A DNA stretch of 64,000 nucleotides, from NCBI RefSeq assembly GCF_000150275.1, contig NW_002060958.1, positions 402,374 to 466,373 on the forward strand, written 5' to 3'. Numbering within the stretch: position 1 is the stretch's first letter; each line of letters starts with the position of its first letter. Position numbers and translations under genes: made by a program. Below are positions 1-13,680 of this stretch, piece after piece. A model generated the notes under the pieces. That model did not search any database. It had not been told where the DNA came from and saw nothing but the letters and a program-made list of their open reading frames with translations. Source of the DNA: Trichoplax adhaerens. Lineage: Eukaryota; Animalia; Placozoa.

Positions 1-859
1 GCAATGAAGTATTTATTTTGCAAGTCCTTTGATTATGGCATTCGCTGTTATATTTGACATTAACCTTAAAGCATTTACATCGGTTCGTTGTATATGGCAT
101 AAGGCAATAACAGAAAGAATATTTTTACAACGATCAAAATAGATTCTAATTGTGCAGTTTCCCTAAGAATAATGGCTACACTATGTTATACATCGCCTGT
201 CGCTATACGAGTAAAAGATTGTTTACGTAAAATAAATTTTTTAGCATCGCAAAGTCTGTAAGTCAGGCCTTGCTGTGTATGAAACTTGTAATAGCTATCT
301 ATAGAAACAGCAAAATAACACGATTACACATTTTTCAAATCGCCTTTACCTCTTTCAGGCTTAAGCTGCGGTATTACACGATGTTATCAACTGCGTAAGC
401 TTTTAGTCGTTTGAATAATTTTTGCAGTTTGATTTTGCTTGTAACTGCAGATTCCTTTTTGCATTTCTGTATGAGCATTGGGCATTTGGCGCATTCATTA
501 CTCTTTACATTCACATGTTATTATCACTGACATCTACCTACAATGTCAGACTTGCAGCAAATTAAGCATTCTCTCATTGGAATATTTAAAATGAATTAAT
601 TCGTACGAATACATACTTAAGACTTTTAATGTGTACGAACAAGTAGGAAAAAGTAATGGAAATATGATAAAACTAGCGAAATTCTAGTACTTTTATCGAT
701 CTAGCAACGTTTTTGCAGTACATTAAATATTCTATTAACTATCGAACGTTACCAAAAGATTCAGTAAATAATTTATCTTTTAATGTTAAATAAAAGATAT
801 TTAATGCAGCAATTGTATGCGTATAACGTAAAAACAAACAAATTAATTTAGCTTTGATT

Positions 860-3800
860 TTAACATGAAACAGTGCTGTTAGCTTCAGAATTATCGTTTA
901 ACAAGTCGTAATCGTCATGTTTCTTAGGATATCCAAAAGCATTTCTTAGTATATTTAAAATATATCTAAATTGAATCTCGCCATTATTAATGAATCGATT
1001 ATTCTGCGAATTTGCATTATTCAGCTGATTCATATTATCCAACTGATTCACATCATTTAACTGGTTAGTATTATTTGACTGACTGATATTATTCGACGTC
1101 GTGCTATCAAGTTGCAGCATTTCTTCATCATCGTCTGAGTTTTGATTAAAATTTACAAAAATCATCCGATATGCTTGAACTACAGGTTGAAAATGTATCC
1201 CTTCTGTACAAAAGAATTGATATCCTCTTCGATATTTAACAATATATGTAAGTAGAATCTCGTCAACTTCGTCTTCTGTTAATTCTGATATTTTAAGATG
1301 TTTAAGTGATAAAATTGTAGCTACATAGATAACAGGTGTTTTAGCTATAGCAGAATTTAACGATGAAAACGTTTGAATCTTATAATCCAGTAAAACTGTT
1401 AAAACAAATATGAAGAATAATCCGCTTACAAAAATAATATTGAAGAATACACGCCATAGACTGATTGATATTTGAGGAGCGTAATAACGTAGATATTGAT
1501 ATAACTCTAAAGGAATAGCAACAGGCTGATCGCAAGTTCTATCTTCGTGTTTCTTTTTATCTTTCTTCTCATCTTTATTGTCAGATTTATCGTTATCATT
1601 ACTTATGCCTTCATTACTATTTTTATCGTCTGCGTCAGCCACTTCTTTCGGATAGTAAATCTGAGTTAACTTTTTTTCGAAGCCTTCGATCTTGCTATTC
1701 TTTAAATATTGAGCTATATATTCTAGCATATGATTGATCTTTTCAGCTTGCGGACAATTAGTGCAGCCATTAATACACTGCTTTAATTTAACTTTAACAT
1801 TCCCATCTTGTAATATTTTATATTCAAAAATAATTTTCGAGTTTCCATCGATAATCTGATGGTTAGGCTTGCGATTCATCCATTCAACATAGATCTTGAT
1901 GTATTTTCGGATGTTAACATCTTCAAGCATTTCTGGTAAATCTATAAGGATATCATCGTATGCCATGGCTACATAGACTTCCAAATAACCTTGATTTGCT
2001 TGTAGTATATTGCCTACTATTCGTTTTATCGCACCTGTATATTTTAAGGCGATTATTCGTTTTCGTATCATCCTATCAGTTTTGTTATAAGCATCAGATA
2101 TTTGGATAATGTAATGTACGTATGGAATCACTATAACGATAACAAGACTAAAGTAAACCGAATAAGCGACCACAAATGCTGTTACAGTAATAATGACTCT
2201 GAAAACGAGTTGAAGACCAATCCATAAAAAGCCTATCGTAACAAGGGAATATAAAAATGCTGCGCTAGCATAAAACATAGACATTAAATAACAAGGAACT
2301 CGCCAAGATGGATTAGTTGGTAGGAATGCAGTTCTTAATTTAATTGTTAATATTTCTGTCATAAACATTGCGCTACGGTAAGTGCCTACTCTTCCCGCTA
2401 TAAAAAACAGCAAGCAGAATAGTAATGCTACTAAGTTATTGAAAAGTCCTATAACATGAAATGATCTTAAGTGATGAGTTATCTTGTTAATATAGATGAA
2501 TAATTGAAAATAGCCTTGTCGATTGCTATTTCGCGACATATAGCGATATCGTTGTGATATTTTAGGTTGTTCCTGTTGACTCAATCTATATTTTGCTTTG
2601 CAAAATTGCCGGAGATCGGCTAAAAGTATAAAAAATATACCACCGCCGCTAATTAATGCTACTACCATAAATATTTGTTTGATAAAATGCGGTATAAGTG
2701 GTGTTATATACGGATACATTTTAGGAACAAGGATAAATAATATTGGAAATTTCTGTACAAATATCGATATAAACCCAGCTGACATACAAATTACTGTAAA
2801 TATACAATATTTAAAGGCATGATGTATATGTATCCAAGGATTACTGTCAGCTTTATCGGATAGATAGAAGTATCCTAGATGCTCTAGCTTACATTCATTT
2901 AATACACGAACACGAGTAGATTTGATTTCAATGTCCCTAAGATTAAATATTAGATATAAACTTTTAGAATAAGAAGATATAATAGCATAGATAATTGAGC
3001 GTTAAATTTTAGCATAGCATTAATAATAATACCCATCAAATCAGATAGTTACGCGATATAAAATTTGTAGTATCAATTAATTGATATTATAGAATAATCC
3101 ATATTATGATTGACATTTTAGCTCTTAGAGTTTCTACGACTTCAAGTTATCACGATACTCAAATCTAATAAGGTCTTTAGAGGCGTCAGATTTTTTGAAT
3201 TTAAAAGTGTAAATAAATTAAAGCAATATAGATATTCAAAGCTTGAATATAACCACAAGCACTAACTTTACGTTGGTATACAAAGTATGTTTATTTACAA
3301 TATTTATAGAATGTATTTGAAAATTGTACTGAATCACACTGATAATAATATAGATCGCGATCTTACCTTTCAAATTCCGTTATAAACCAATTTAAAATTT
3401 TGTCTGTAGCTGCTCCACTTAAAATGATGCTTAAACAAACTGAAAATAACTCCATCAATGGAACATACCATTCTAGTTTCTTCTCGATGAAACACTCGTT
3501 AATATTAATCTCCGTCTTCGGTACGCCACTTGGACAGCATGAATAGTAAATTTCATGAGCAAAATTTCCATCGTTTCTTATAAAATGTCTTTGACAGACG
3601 GTACCGCAATTTTTACCGCTACAACTACGATTTAAGCCTGTAAATTCGGCTAGTGCCTTGAATAAGATATAATCTTTACTTTCTAAGTCAGGCAGACGAT
3701 CGTAACAGCCGTCGGTAGATTCAACAAGAGACAACTTATATTCGGATATGAAAACAGAATAAAGACTTAGACTCGTGGCTATATAGGTCGTAGGTAAGGT

Positions 3801-4091
3801 ATAAATAGCCTCACCTAGATTTTTTTTTATCCATGCATAAAAATAAGTACCCCTCCAACCATTATGTGCAGGTATAATCCGATTTCCTATACTCATATTA
3901 AATAGAATCACTCTAGACCAATCCAATTTAGTCAAGTCTTTAAATTTAGTATAAGCTTGTGTCGCATCTTTTACAGATAATTGGCAGATAGCATCCGATG
4001 GTATTTGATTAGTATAACTTAAAGCTGTTTGCCAAGATAGCCAAATAAAAGTAACAACTATATAACGCGATATAAAGTGATTTGTTGCCAT
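860..4091 (-). CDS. Orphan polytopic membrane protein with Cys-rich ectodomain, tandem paralog 1 (933 aa; coding exons 4091-3367 and 2936-860)
   Basis: The 242-aa ORF ends at a phase-2 donor AG|GTAAGA (3367/3366). The acceptor ttaatcttag|G at 2937/2936 continues in frame (R-DIEIKSTRVRVLNECKLEHLGYFYLS...) into the 641-aa ORF. 725+2077=2802 nt, divisible by 3. Signal peptide, 8 ectodomain Cys, many hydrophobic helices; clearly homologous to the three other copies. Confidence 0.9.
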
Positions 4092-4839
4092 TTCGATTTT
4101 GCTATAATTTGAGTATGTGACAAAAGAAGTATAATGATTTCAGCCAGCTAAAGTAGTACGATAGTGTGTTTTGAAAGTATTTTAGTATCTGAAATAAAAC
4201 ACTATTAAACGTAGAATGTCGATTATGCTTAAAAAAGCAATCGTAAACTACGGATTAAAATGTAGACTTATTATAAGAAAGGCAACAAATATTTATTTTA
4301 ATTCTTGTCCTGTATAATTAGTAAGACTTCTACTAGTGTTTCTTATAGATAATCGATATCGTGTTGAATTTCGCCAAATGCTTTGATAAATGATAACGAT
4401 AATATATTTTACAAAGCTAATTATAACCTCATTGATAGCCCTAGTTCGAACAGGATAAGTAGAATGCCATTAATTCAGATAAATACTATCTATTTTATAT
4501 ATGTATAGATAATTTAAAACACGCTGATAGTTTCTGTAGAAAAATGATTTTAACCATTTACTGCTTTGACAAGAAAGTCTAGGATAGCTCTGAAACCAGG
4601 AGGCAAATGGAACTCTACGATCACTTAGACGGTACTAATTATAAAGTTACCAAGTACGACTTACGTAAATAAACGAATAAATAAGACTAGACAACATTTA
4701 TAGGCGTCGAAAACGTAAATATGACAATTAACTAGTAGTGTTAAATCGAACGATAATAAGATGTGAATTGCATTATTGTTCCTTAATTATAGATTTACGA
4801 GGAATTGATAGTTTTCTAGTTGAATCTTAAATTACATTG

Positions 4840-6740
4840 TTATTTGCCGTAATTTATCCTAGTTTTATCCAGTAGACATAAAAGTAGACGCAATTATATT
4901 TTACTATAGTAACCAATGAGCTATAGTCGATAATGTTGAGTAATAGAATTGGATTTGTGTTTATTGCTATATTTGATCTGCTTCTTAAAATTAAACGATA
5001 GAACTATACTGACAATAAAACATTCGGAGTAAAGAAGAGATTATTACGGAGTCTCGCTAATAATATTTACAAATTTCTACAACTACAGATTATAATTTCA
5101 AGGATCAGAATAATTGTCACCGAGCTCATTGAGTAATTTATTGTCACCGTATGAACTTCCGTGAACCACATATAACTAAACTTAGCGAATTTAACAATCT
5201 TGACGGCGATTGCCATTACGCACTAGGAATAATAAAAATTTACCTTGCCATTAGAAACGAAAGTAAGTACTGTATACTTTTCTCAGTAAAAGATGCACAA
5301 ATATAGTTTTTCATTTTCGGATAATATCGTCAATCACACAGAGAGATTATAATAGATATAGTATAGCTAATAAGTCTTATCAATAGAAAAGTTCGTAAAA
5401 CGCGTACTTCAACTTATGCTGTATTGAGCACTCTACAGTCTACAAGCACCATTATTTATACCTTTAAAATGAATATATCTTTGATGACAGTTATGCTCCA
5501 TACAAGGTCGGTTCAAAGACAGATTACCAACTCCGTATATTAAGCAATCGAATTAGAACTACTGTTAACTATTACGTCATCGCTTTGTTCTTTAGAATTT
5601 CTTAAAGTTATATAGATGATGCTAGAAGTATATCCAAATTGAATTTCGCCTTTATCGAGTAATCGATGATTCTGTTCTGTATTAACATCGGACATAAGGG
5701 TTGCATAAGTTGAATAAGGATTACAATTTCCTAATATCATCCTAAACGCTTGAACTACAGGTTGAAATTATAATTCTCTTGTACAAAACAATCGATAACC
5801 TCCATGACATTCAGCGTAGTATCTAAGCAGAAATTTAAAGGATGAATTTGACTAGATAAAATTTGAAATTTACAGGCGTCAAGAACGCGAATGCAGCAAT
5901 CCAATTGTGCGCTTAAATTAGACAACAATAAATTATAAATCTTCTGTGAAAATGATAGTTTTCTATTTAAACCGTTAAAGAGAATGTTGCTCCCATTGTT
6001 ACATCCCAAACTTTATCCTGTCATTCATAAAAATAGACTTAATTATGTTTTCTCTGACAGTGCGCTATTTCGTTTTACGAATTAGTTATATATTTTCGAG
6101 CAAAATAGTAAATCATGTCATGATAGTTACCAATGAGCCATAGTTAGTGATGATAAGTAATAGCATTCGATTTTTATTCGTTCCTCTATTAGGGAAGCCT
6201 TAAAATTCTCCGATAGCACCAATGAATAAGATTTAGAGTGGAATAGAGTTTGTTATGAAGTCTAGCTGACAAGATTTCACAGATTTCTATAGCCAAAAGT
6301 TATAGACTTAAGCTTAAGAACAGTTCTTAATTTTTCCATTGAACATTTTATTGTCCCTATATGAAGTTACATCAACAGCATATAGCTTAATATAGTGAAT
6401 TTAACAATCTCGATGATTATTTCCCTGACGTACCAGGAGCATTAAAAATTACTATACCACTGAAAGTAAAACTAAATATGTTTTCTTAGTAAAAGTTGCG
6501 CTAATATAATTCGTCTAACTATCCTTTCGTTTTCGAATAATATTGCCAATCACACAGAAGGATTGCAATAAGGTATAGCTAATAATAGCTATTAATAGAG
6601 GATTACTTATCTTTTTCAACTTCTACAGCATTAAGATCTTCCAACCTATAACTATTTGTACCTTTAAGATTAAATATCTTTGATGACAGATATACTGGCT
6701 AAAAAAGTATTTCGAGGCAGGTTACCAATTGCGTTAATTA
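4840..6740. repeat. Diverged ~0.65-0.7 kb direct repeat (about 4840-5540 vs 6060-6740, offset ~1200 bp)
   Basis: Co-linear matching blocks: accaatgagc (4912/6129), gaatttaacaatct (5187/6397), caatcacacaga (5331/6547), atatctttgatgacag (5475/6674). Boundaries approximate. Confidence 0.75.
5540..5805 (-). pseudogene. 3'-terminal fragment of a fifth copy of the tandem membrane-protein family
   Basis: Translates as GGYRLFCTREL*FQPVVQAFRMILGN...NHRLLDKGEIQFGY...NSIA*. It matches the family motifs RGYxLFCTxGIxFQPxVQAYRM and GEIQFR but has an in-frame TAA, and I see no homology upstream of ~5805. DNA most resembles paralog 1 (gcttgaactacaggttgaaa at 1173 and 5748). Confidence 0.85.
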
Positions 6741-7959
6741 GATATGAGCTCGCTGTGAACCATGTCATAATTTAAGAGATTGATATATAAGGACTTTGTT
6801 AGACTATAATCCTTTATTGATAGTTGAATATTATTACTATTTACGGAAAATAATATTGTTTTTTACGTCTGATATTATTAATTAATTAATTTGCAGTGAT
6901 AAATACTGAGGTATTAATTAATGACTCTAGCCGTGATATCTATTAATTAGCGCCTAGTCCCATAAGTTACGCTAAGTTGTATCTAAATTAAATCGAGTAA
7001 TCTTTGGTGTCTGTATACTGTGTGACTGAGATGATATTATACAAGATCTGAATACTAAATTGTTAACTGAAGTTTCACCCGAAATCATAGCGGAAAATAC
7101 TGATACCTTTTGGATCTAAATGATCCTCTCATCAAAATACTATTTGTACTACTATCTATTGAGTGTTGACTTTGACTTACAAGTTATAAAATAAACTAGC
7201 TTTCCGCTACTGAAGGTCTCCAGAGGATAGATAGAGCCTAACTAGAATAGATATTAAAGTAGAAGGATAATCACCAGAGTCGTGATAGTATGTTAAGCAA
7301 TATAATCTAAAGTAGTAGTCTTTGCATCATCTTCCTTTTTAGAATATCTAAAAAAGCTTTTTGGATAGTGCTGAAATCAGATCAAAATTGAATTTTTCCT
7401 TTATAAATTAACCGATGATTAGGTTAATCTATATTAGTATAGGATGATGTAAGGGCTGTATAATTTGGATTTGGATTAAAATTACCGAATATAATTCTTG
7501 TAATTGGTATTATACTAATTATATTAAGAGAAGAAGGTATAGTAAAATACGAACGCAATCACAGTGATGGCGCTTTTTCAGTTTAGATCAGTTTAACAGT
7601 CAGATCTAATTGTAATTAATACTAATTATATATAGGAGAGCCAGATTCAGTAATAAACGCAAGTTAAAACTATCTCAGACTTTGTATTAAGGTAAGGGTA
7701 GTTTACTAGCGTACGATCAAACCCAAGATACCGTACAATAATTATAATCGGAGTACCTCTTCAGCCATGGTAAGCTTAGTTGCGCATTTACACTAATTGT
7801 CAGTTAAATCTTAGAACTTAATCCTAGTAATAGGGCCTAGTTAACAATGATCCTGTATGCTTACAGTAGGTCAATAAAAATTTAGGGAGTAGATCGTACA
7901 TTGTACAGTGCTTATATTAATTAATTTTTTATAGCAGTTACGTCCTTGTAAAGAGCGAA

Positions 7960-8200
7960 TTTTTAAATCTCTTACAGTCCGAATTCGCCATCTTGAAATT
8001 TGAGTTTTTAAATCAGGTAAATTTCTAGTGTGATAGTAAATAGGCTGAGCTACTTTTAATCTTAAAAGCAAAGTTCATTTTGAGTCAGGCTATCGAAGAA
8101 GAATCTAATTTCTTCCCCTTCTAAGAAATGGTGAAAACGGCTAAGATAAACCGAATAACCAACTTATTAGACTCTATAATAAAAATTCGATACAATTTGC
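7960..8200. repeat. Conserved downstream element, copy A (3' of paralog 2)
   Basis: Shares blocks such as gaagaat..aatttcttc and ggctaagataaaccg.ataa.c.actta with 13310-13680 and 19660-20012. Confidence 0.65.
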
Positions 8201-8747
8201 TCAATCCAATACTCCTTTTTGATACTCTGCTGAGGAAGTATGAATTATATTTGTATATTATCCGCAAGCAGAAAATGATAGCGTTTCATGATACTAGCAA
8301 TCACCTAAAATTGCTTTATTAAATTATTTATATATAAGGTTATGCACTACTCAATAACCACGAATCGCATTGGTGTATTGCGTCATCAAAAATAGAACAT
8401 TACTATATTTGATACTGCTAGCAACCTTCTTCAATTATTTTATTAAGCATCACACAAGAATTACTAAAAGCATTTGTATATTACTAAAACACAGAACATA
8501 ATAACGTTTTATCATACCAGTAAACATCTAGAATTACTTTATTAATTAGGTACTATTCAAGAATTATCGATTGCATTTGTATATTATTTAAAAACACAAC
8601 ATTATATCGCTACGTCATCAGCAGTCATCTATAATTGCTTTATTTAGCGCAGCGACTATTCTACATCACATAGTGCTTTATTTCATATCACAGTTCTATT
8701 TTTAACACATCTTACTATAATAATTACCTGATATCGCTACAGTCCTA

Positions 8748-11666
8748 TTATGATGTGCGATGTAAAAGCGATTCACGTTCACTGTTTATTGAAAAATCTT
8801 CCTCCTGTCCTTCACAATGTCCAAATGACTGTTTGATTTTTCTAAAGATGTTTCCTAATCTCAATTTGCATGTACTAAGGAATAGACTATTTGCTTGATC
8901 ACGGTAAAGTTCCATTCCTATTGTTCCGCTATCAACACTATCAGGAAAATTATTTGCCAGACTCATCCTATACGCCTGAACGATAGGCTGAAATTGTATT
9001 CCTTTAGTACAAAATAATCGATAACCTCTTCGATATTGAACTATATTAGCAACTAATATCATATCCATAATCTCTTCCTTTAATGCTGGTATTTTAACAT
9101 ATTGAAGCGATAGATTCACTGCTAAAAGAATAAAAGGCAAACTAGCAATGGCAGAGCTTAATGATGAAAATGGTCGAGTTCTGTAATTCAGTAAACTGGT
9201 TAAAATAAAGGTTAGAAAAATCCCAGTTACAAAAATAATATTGATTATCATGCGCCATAGACTGATCGATATGTGCGGTGCATAATAACATAGATATTGA
9301 TGTAATTCTGAAGGAATAGCAATAATCTCTGTATTAGCAATGTCTTCTTTACAGTAATAAATTGGACATAAGTGACTTTTAAAATAGTTACGGTCGCTAT
9401 TCCGTAGATGGTGTTCGATTGTTGTTAACAGCATGTCAATTCCAAGAGTATAAGGACAACGACGGCAGCCATTGACACATTGAGACAGCGTTACTACTAC
9501 AGTCTTATCAGGCAGTATTTCATAACGAAAAACAATTTTACATATTCCATCTAAAATATGGTGATTAGGCTTTTTTTGGATCCATAGAATATACCTAGTA
9601 ATATTATGTCGTATCTGATTGTCTTGCAGCATTTCAGGTAAATCAACTAGAACATTATCGTATGTTATAGTTACAAATACATGTAGATTTCCTTCTTTAG
9701 CACGCAGTATTTCTTTAGTAGTTTGATTTACTTTATCCTGCAATTGAATTATTCGCCTTGATATTATTTTCTCATTTCTAAAATAGGCGTCAAAAGTATA
9801 TACAATATAATACAAGTAGGGGACTACAGTAACTATAACGACGCTAAAATAGACCGGAAAGGAAATCATAAAAGTCACAACCGTAATAATTATCCTAATT
9901 ATAAGCTGAAGGCCCATCCTTATGGTCAATATAGTGGAAATCGAATAAAACAGCGATATAAAGGCTATCAGTGTGGATACGATATAGCTAAGAAATCGCG
10001 CTGACATTTTTTCAGAAAGTAATGCCTTTTTCATTCTCATATGGAACAATTCTGCTATAAACATAATACTTCGTAAATTACCGATTCCTCCAAATATATA
10101 AAATGGTAAGCATAATATAAGCGATAAGAAATTGATGGTAAAGCCTACGACATGAAATGACCGCATGTGGTAAATTGTGCTATTGATATAATGCATGATT
10201 TGGAAGTGTAATTCTCGATAACTGTCTGGTGAAATATAGCGAAGTCGATGTGGTTCCTCAAATATAGGCCTATATCGATAGGAATAATCTTCACGGCTAC
10301 AATATTGTTTAAGGTAAGTCAAAATGATGAAAAATATAGAAATACCACAACTGTAGACTAAATATAGAAATGCTTGTTCTATAAAGCGTGGTATTCTAAC
10401 TTGATACATGTTTGGAAAGATAATAAAGTGAGCTGAAAATTTTTGCATAAAAAATGAAAAAAATCCAATCGAAAAGGTAATAACAGCAAATAGGCAATAC
10501 TTGAATGCATAATTTACAAGCGCCCAGCCAGTTCTATGTTTATTCTCTGATAGATAGAAATATCCCATATCTTGCAGTCTAAATTCGTTTAGTATTCGTA
10601 CAGAGACAGATTCAATTTTAGTATTTCTAAAATAAAATTATAAGAAAACACCAAACAGGAAGAAATAAATTAGTGTTACATTAAACGAATATTGGCTTTA
10701 TACAAACCGCGCTACGTTATTCTAAATTTATAAGATTAATATATTTAGCCTATGTAAGACCATAGACTAATATCATAACAAGGTAATTTCGTTAGGTATG
10801 CTAAGATTTCGCTATCTTATACCTTAACTTTTTATTAAACAAATTAAGAAGAAAATTAACTTATCCAATGAATACAATTAACAAAGTTTTGAACTTAACC
10901 TTTATTTCTACTAATATTGTGGTTGCTATTTAGCTTACCTTTCCAATCTTCGTAGATACCAACTTATTATTCTATCAACAGCTGTCCCACTTAATAAAAT
11001 GCTTAACAAAATTGTGACTAGCGTTACTACAGGGATATACCATAGAAATCTTTTCTTAATAAAACATGTTTGAATATTTATCTTAGCGTTTCGTGGATCC
11101 TTTTGACAGCAGGAATATATATCGATATTATGAAAGAATGCATCCTTTTGTGTAAAATTTCTTCGACAGATAGTACCGCAGTCTTCGCCACTACAACTTT
11201 TATTCAATTCAATCAGTTCAGCCAATGCTGTAAATATAGCATAATCTCTAGAGTAAGAGTCTGATAAGTGGCCATAACAGCCAACTGTCGATTCATTAAA
11301 AGATATCTTCAATGATGACATAAAAACTGCATAAAGGCTTAAACTCATAGCAGCGTAATCATTAGGCAAAGTAAAAATAATTTCGCCTACATTTTTCTTA
11401 ACCCAGCCAAAAAATACAGTGCTATTATGATATCGGTGAACTCTCTGACGTCCTATATACAGGTCGAATATAATCACTCTAACAGAATCAGATTGGATCA
11501 TTTCATTTAAATGCATATAAGTTTGCGCTTTATCTTGGATAACAAGTTGGCAATTGTTTTCATAGGGTGATAGATTCGCTTGAATATCAACGAAATGCAA
11601 TGATAGACAAATCAAAGAAAGGATTACGCAGGGTCCAGTAAATCGATTTATTTTGTTATAAATCAT
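8748..11666 (-). CDS. Orphan polytopic membrane protein, tandem paralog 2 (868 aa; coding exons 11666-10939 and 10626-8748)
   Basis: Donor AG|GTAAGC at 10939/10938; acceptor ttttattttag|A at 10627/10626 gives in-frame R-NTKIESVSVRILNEFRLQDMGY. 728+1879=2607 nt. Same Cys pattern, TM pattern, and PNHHILDG / QCVNGCRRCP / YRRGY motifs. Confidence 0.9.
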
Positions 11667-13309
11667 GATTGCTTGTGATGAGAAGAAACAGAGCTAGAAT
11701 AAAGGATATTCATAAATAGTTACTGTTGAAGCTATCTGCAGTCTTGTATTTTGGAGGAGATCAGCTATCATTTGATGTAGATTGCGATTATTTCTTAATC
11801 GTCATAATGCATTAAGGGACATTTCAGCATGCCTTGACAGGTAAAATAAATATTGTTCCGGTCATGGTTATACCTATCTGCTATCGACTATAAGGACAAA
11901 ATGTGAGAACTCTAATTGGCTAGAAATAATCGTACACAAATGATTTGAATCGAGTTTAAACTGAAATTCTATCTACAGTATTTGGGTTATTTTCCTTTAA
12001 CTACCGTACTGCTTCTATACCTGCAGTGGTCAATAAATACTGTTTTAGGTGACGTTAAAGTTTACAACAAAGGGATAACGTCCCATCATATTGAATCTTA
12101 TTAGTAACAATAATTTTAAATTATAATTGGTACCTAATAATATTTGTTATGATTGAAATTCTCTAAAACTAGTAGAATGAGATCTTTAAGGTAAAAACGT
12201 CAATCGATATTACGGAGAAATATATTTTATTTATAAAAGCCATTATTATCTTCTGGTGAAGTGTAATGATCGAAGTTGATTGTAATAGGCATTTTAAACT
12301 TCTTGGCAGTAAATTAACTGATATCTTAATTTTACAAGATTCATAACACCGCATGCTAGTAATTTTAAATAAGCAACATAACCGACCTTGATTTTCGATC
12401 ATATAGCCTGCTATGCGAGTATAGCATAACTTCTAACTGCGTTAAGGGTTTCTTTTAAAAAATATCGCGAAAAAATTGAAAAGAAACCGCACTATACCGT
12501 ATTTAAGAATTTCATCTTTTGTTTATGAAAGATTGCCGTACTTTTTAATTTCGGGATAAGCCGTAGCTGTTTTACTCATTTCTCTAGTTCATGTTACCTA
12601 TTTGATTTATTAGTTTGATTTATTAGTTTTTAGTGGTGATGCATGCGAATTTACTTTCATTTGCAATGGCTGGTGTTCAGATCACCTCCCATTTGGTCTA
12701 TGCACATCTGATACATTCGGTTGCAGGCACTTGCTGTGTTGCTACAACACATTAGATAATAGCCAAATTTATCAAAGATGGACGACTGCCAATCGTAATC
12801 AAAGCTGGTGTTTTAATAAGTTCAGCATTAAACTAACTTCCATTTAGCATAGGTAAATTTAAGATCATTTGCCAAAGCTGGCGCTAAGCTAATTTCTCCT
12901 TTCAACCATATGCAAACGATATACGTGTTTTCGTCCTCAGAGATTTATTGTTACTTTTCATAAGACTGTGGAAGATTTATAAAAGTATACGACTACCAAA
13001 TATTAGTAATAGTGCTTTTATAGGTATAAATGTCAATCTGATATTCATCTAGTATTTAGCTACTATGGCATAATTAGTATTAATTAAAATGAGCCAGTTT
13101 AAAGCACTGATGCCATTATTAATAGTAGTTCTGTAAGCAATGCAATATATGAACTCAATATTTAGAAAGGATATCTAAACTAGCATTTATTACACGAATA
13201 TGAATAGAAGTAACTAGTATGGAAAAATATTTGGTAATGCCCTTTCAAGATCAGATATCAATCAGATATTAATCAATCGCACTAATAACTCATACAAGAT
13301 CACCGTAGT

Positions 13310-13680
13310 GTACGGATTCTTAGCCCTAGGTTCGTAATCCATCAACTCCAAATTCTGAGTTGTTAAAATCAAGCAAATCCCAATGTGACACAAAATAGTC
13401 AAAACTGTATAATTGACTTATAACAGTTAAGTTTATTAACGTCCGTGTGGCGTCCGTCGGAGGAGAATTCCAATTTCTTCGCCTCATAATAACAGTCGAA
13501 AATGGCTAAGATAAACCGGATAATCGACTTAGCCTCCACGATAACATTTCTTTACAACTTATATAAATTATCATCAATTGCTCCTCTACATAGGAGTCAT
13601 CAATCACATTAGTATATTACTTAATAACTTGACTTAATATTACTATCAGTTACGTCCTTATATAGCACATACTCTATTAA
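13310..13680. repeat. Conserved downstream element, copy B (3' of paralog 3)
   Basis: Co-linear similarity to 19660-20012 (gttaaaat, aaatagtcaa, agaattccaat, gataatcgacttagcct, gtcatcaatca) and to 7960-8200. Confidence 0.7.

Noticed and set aside
340-500. Short open frames on the minus strand downstream of paralog 1
   Set aside because: About 30-40 codons in A-rich sequence with no homology to the family or any protein I recognise.
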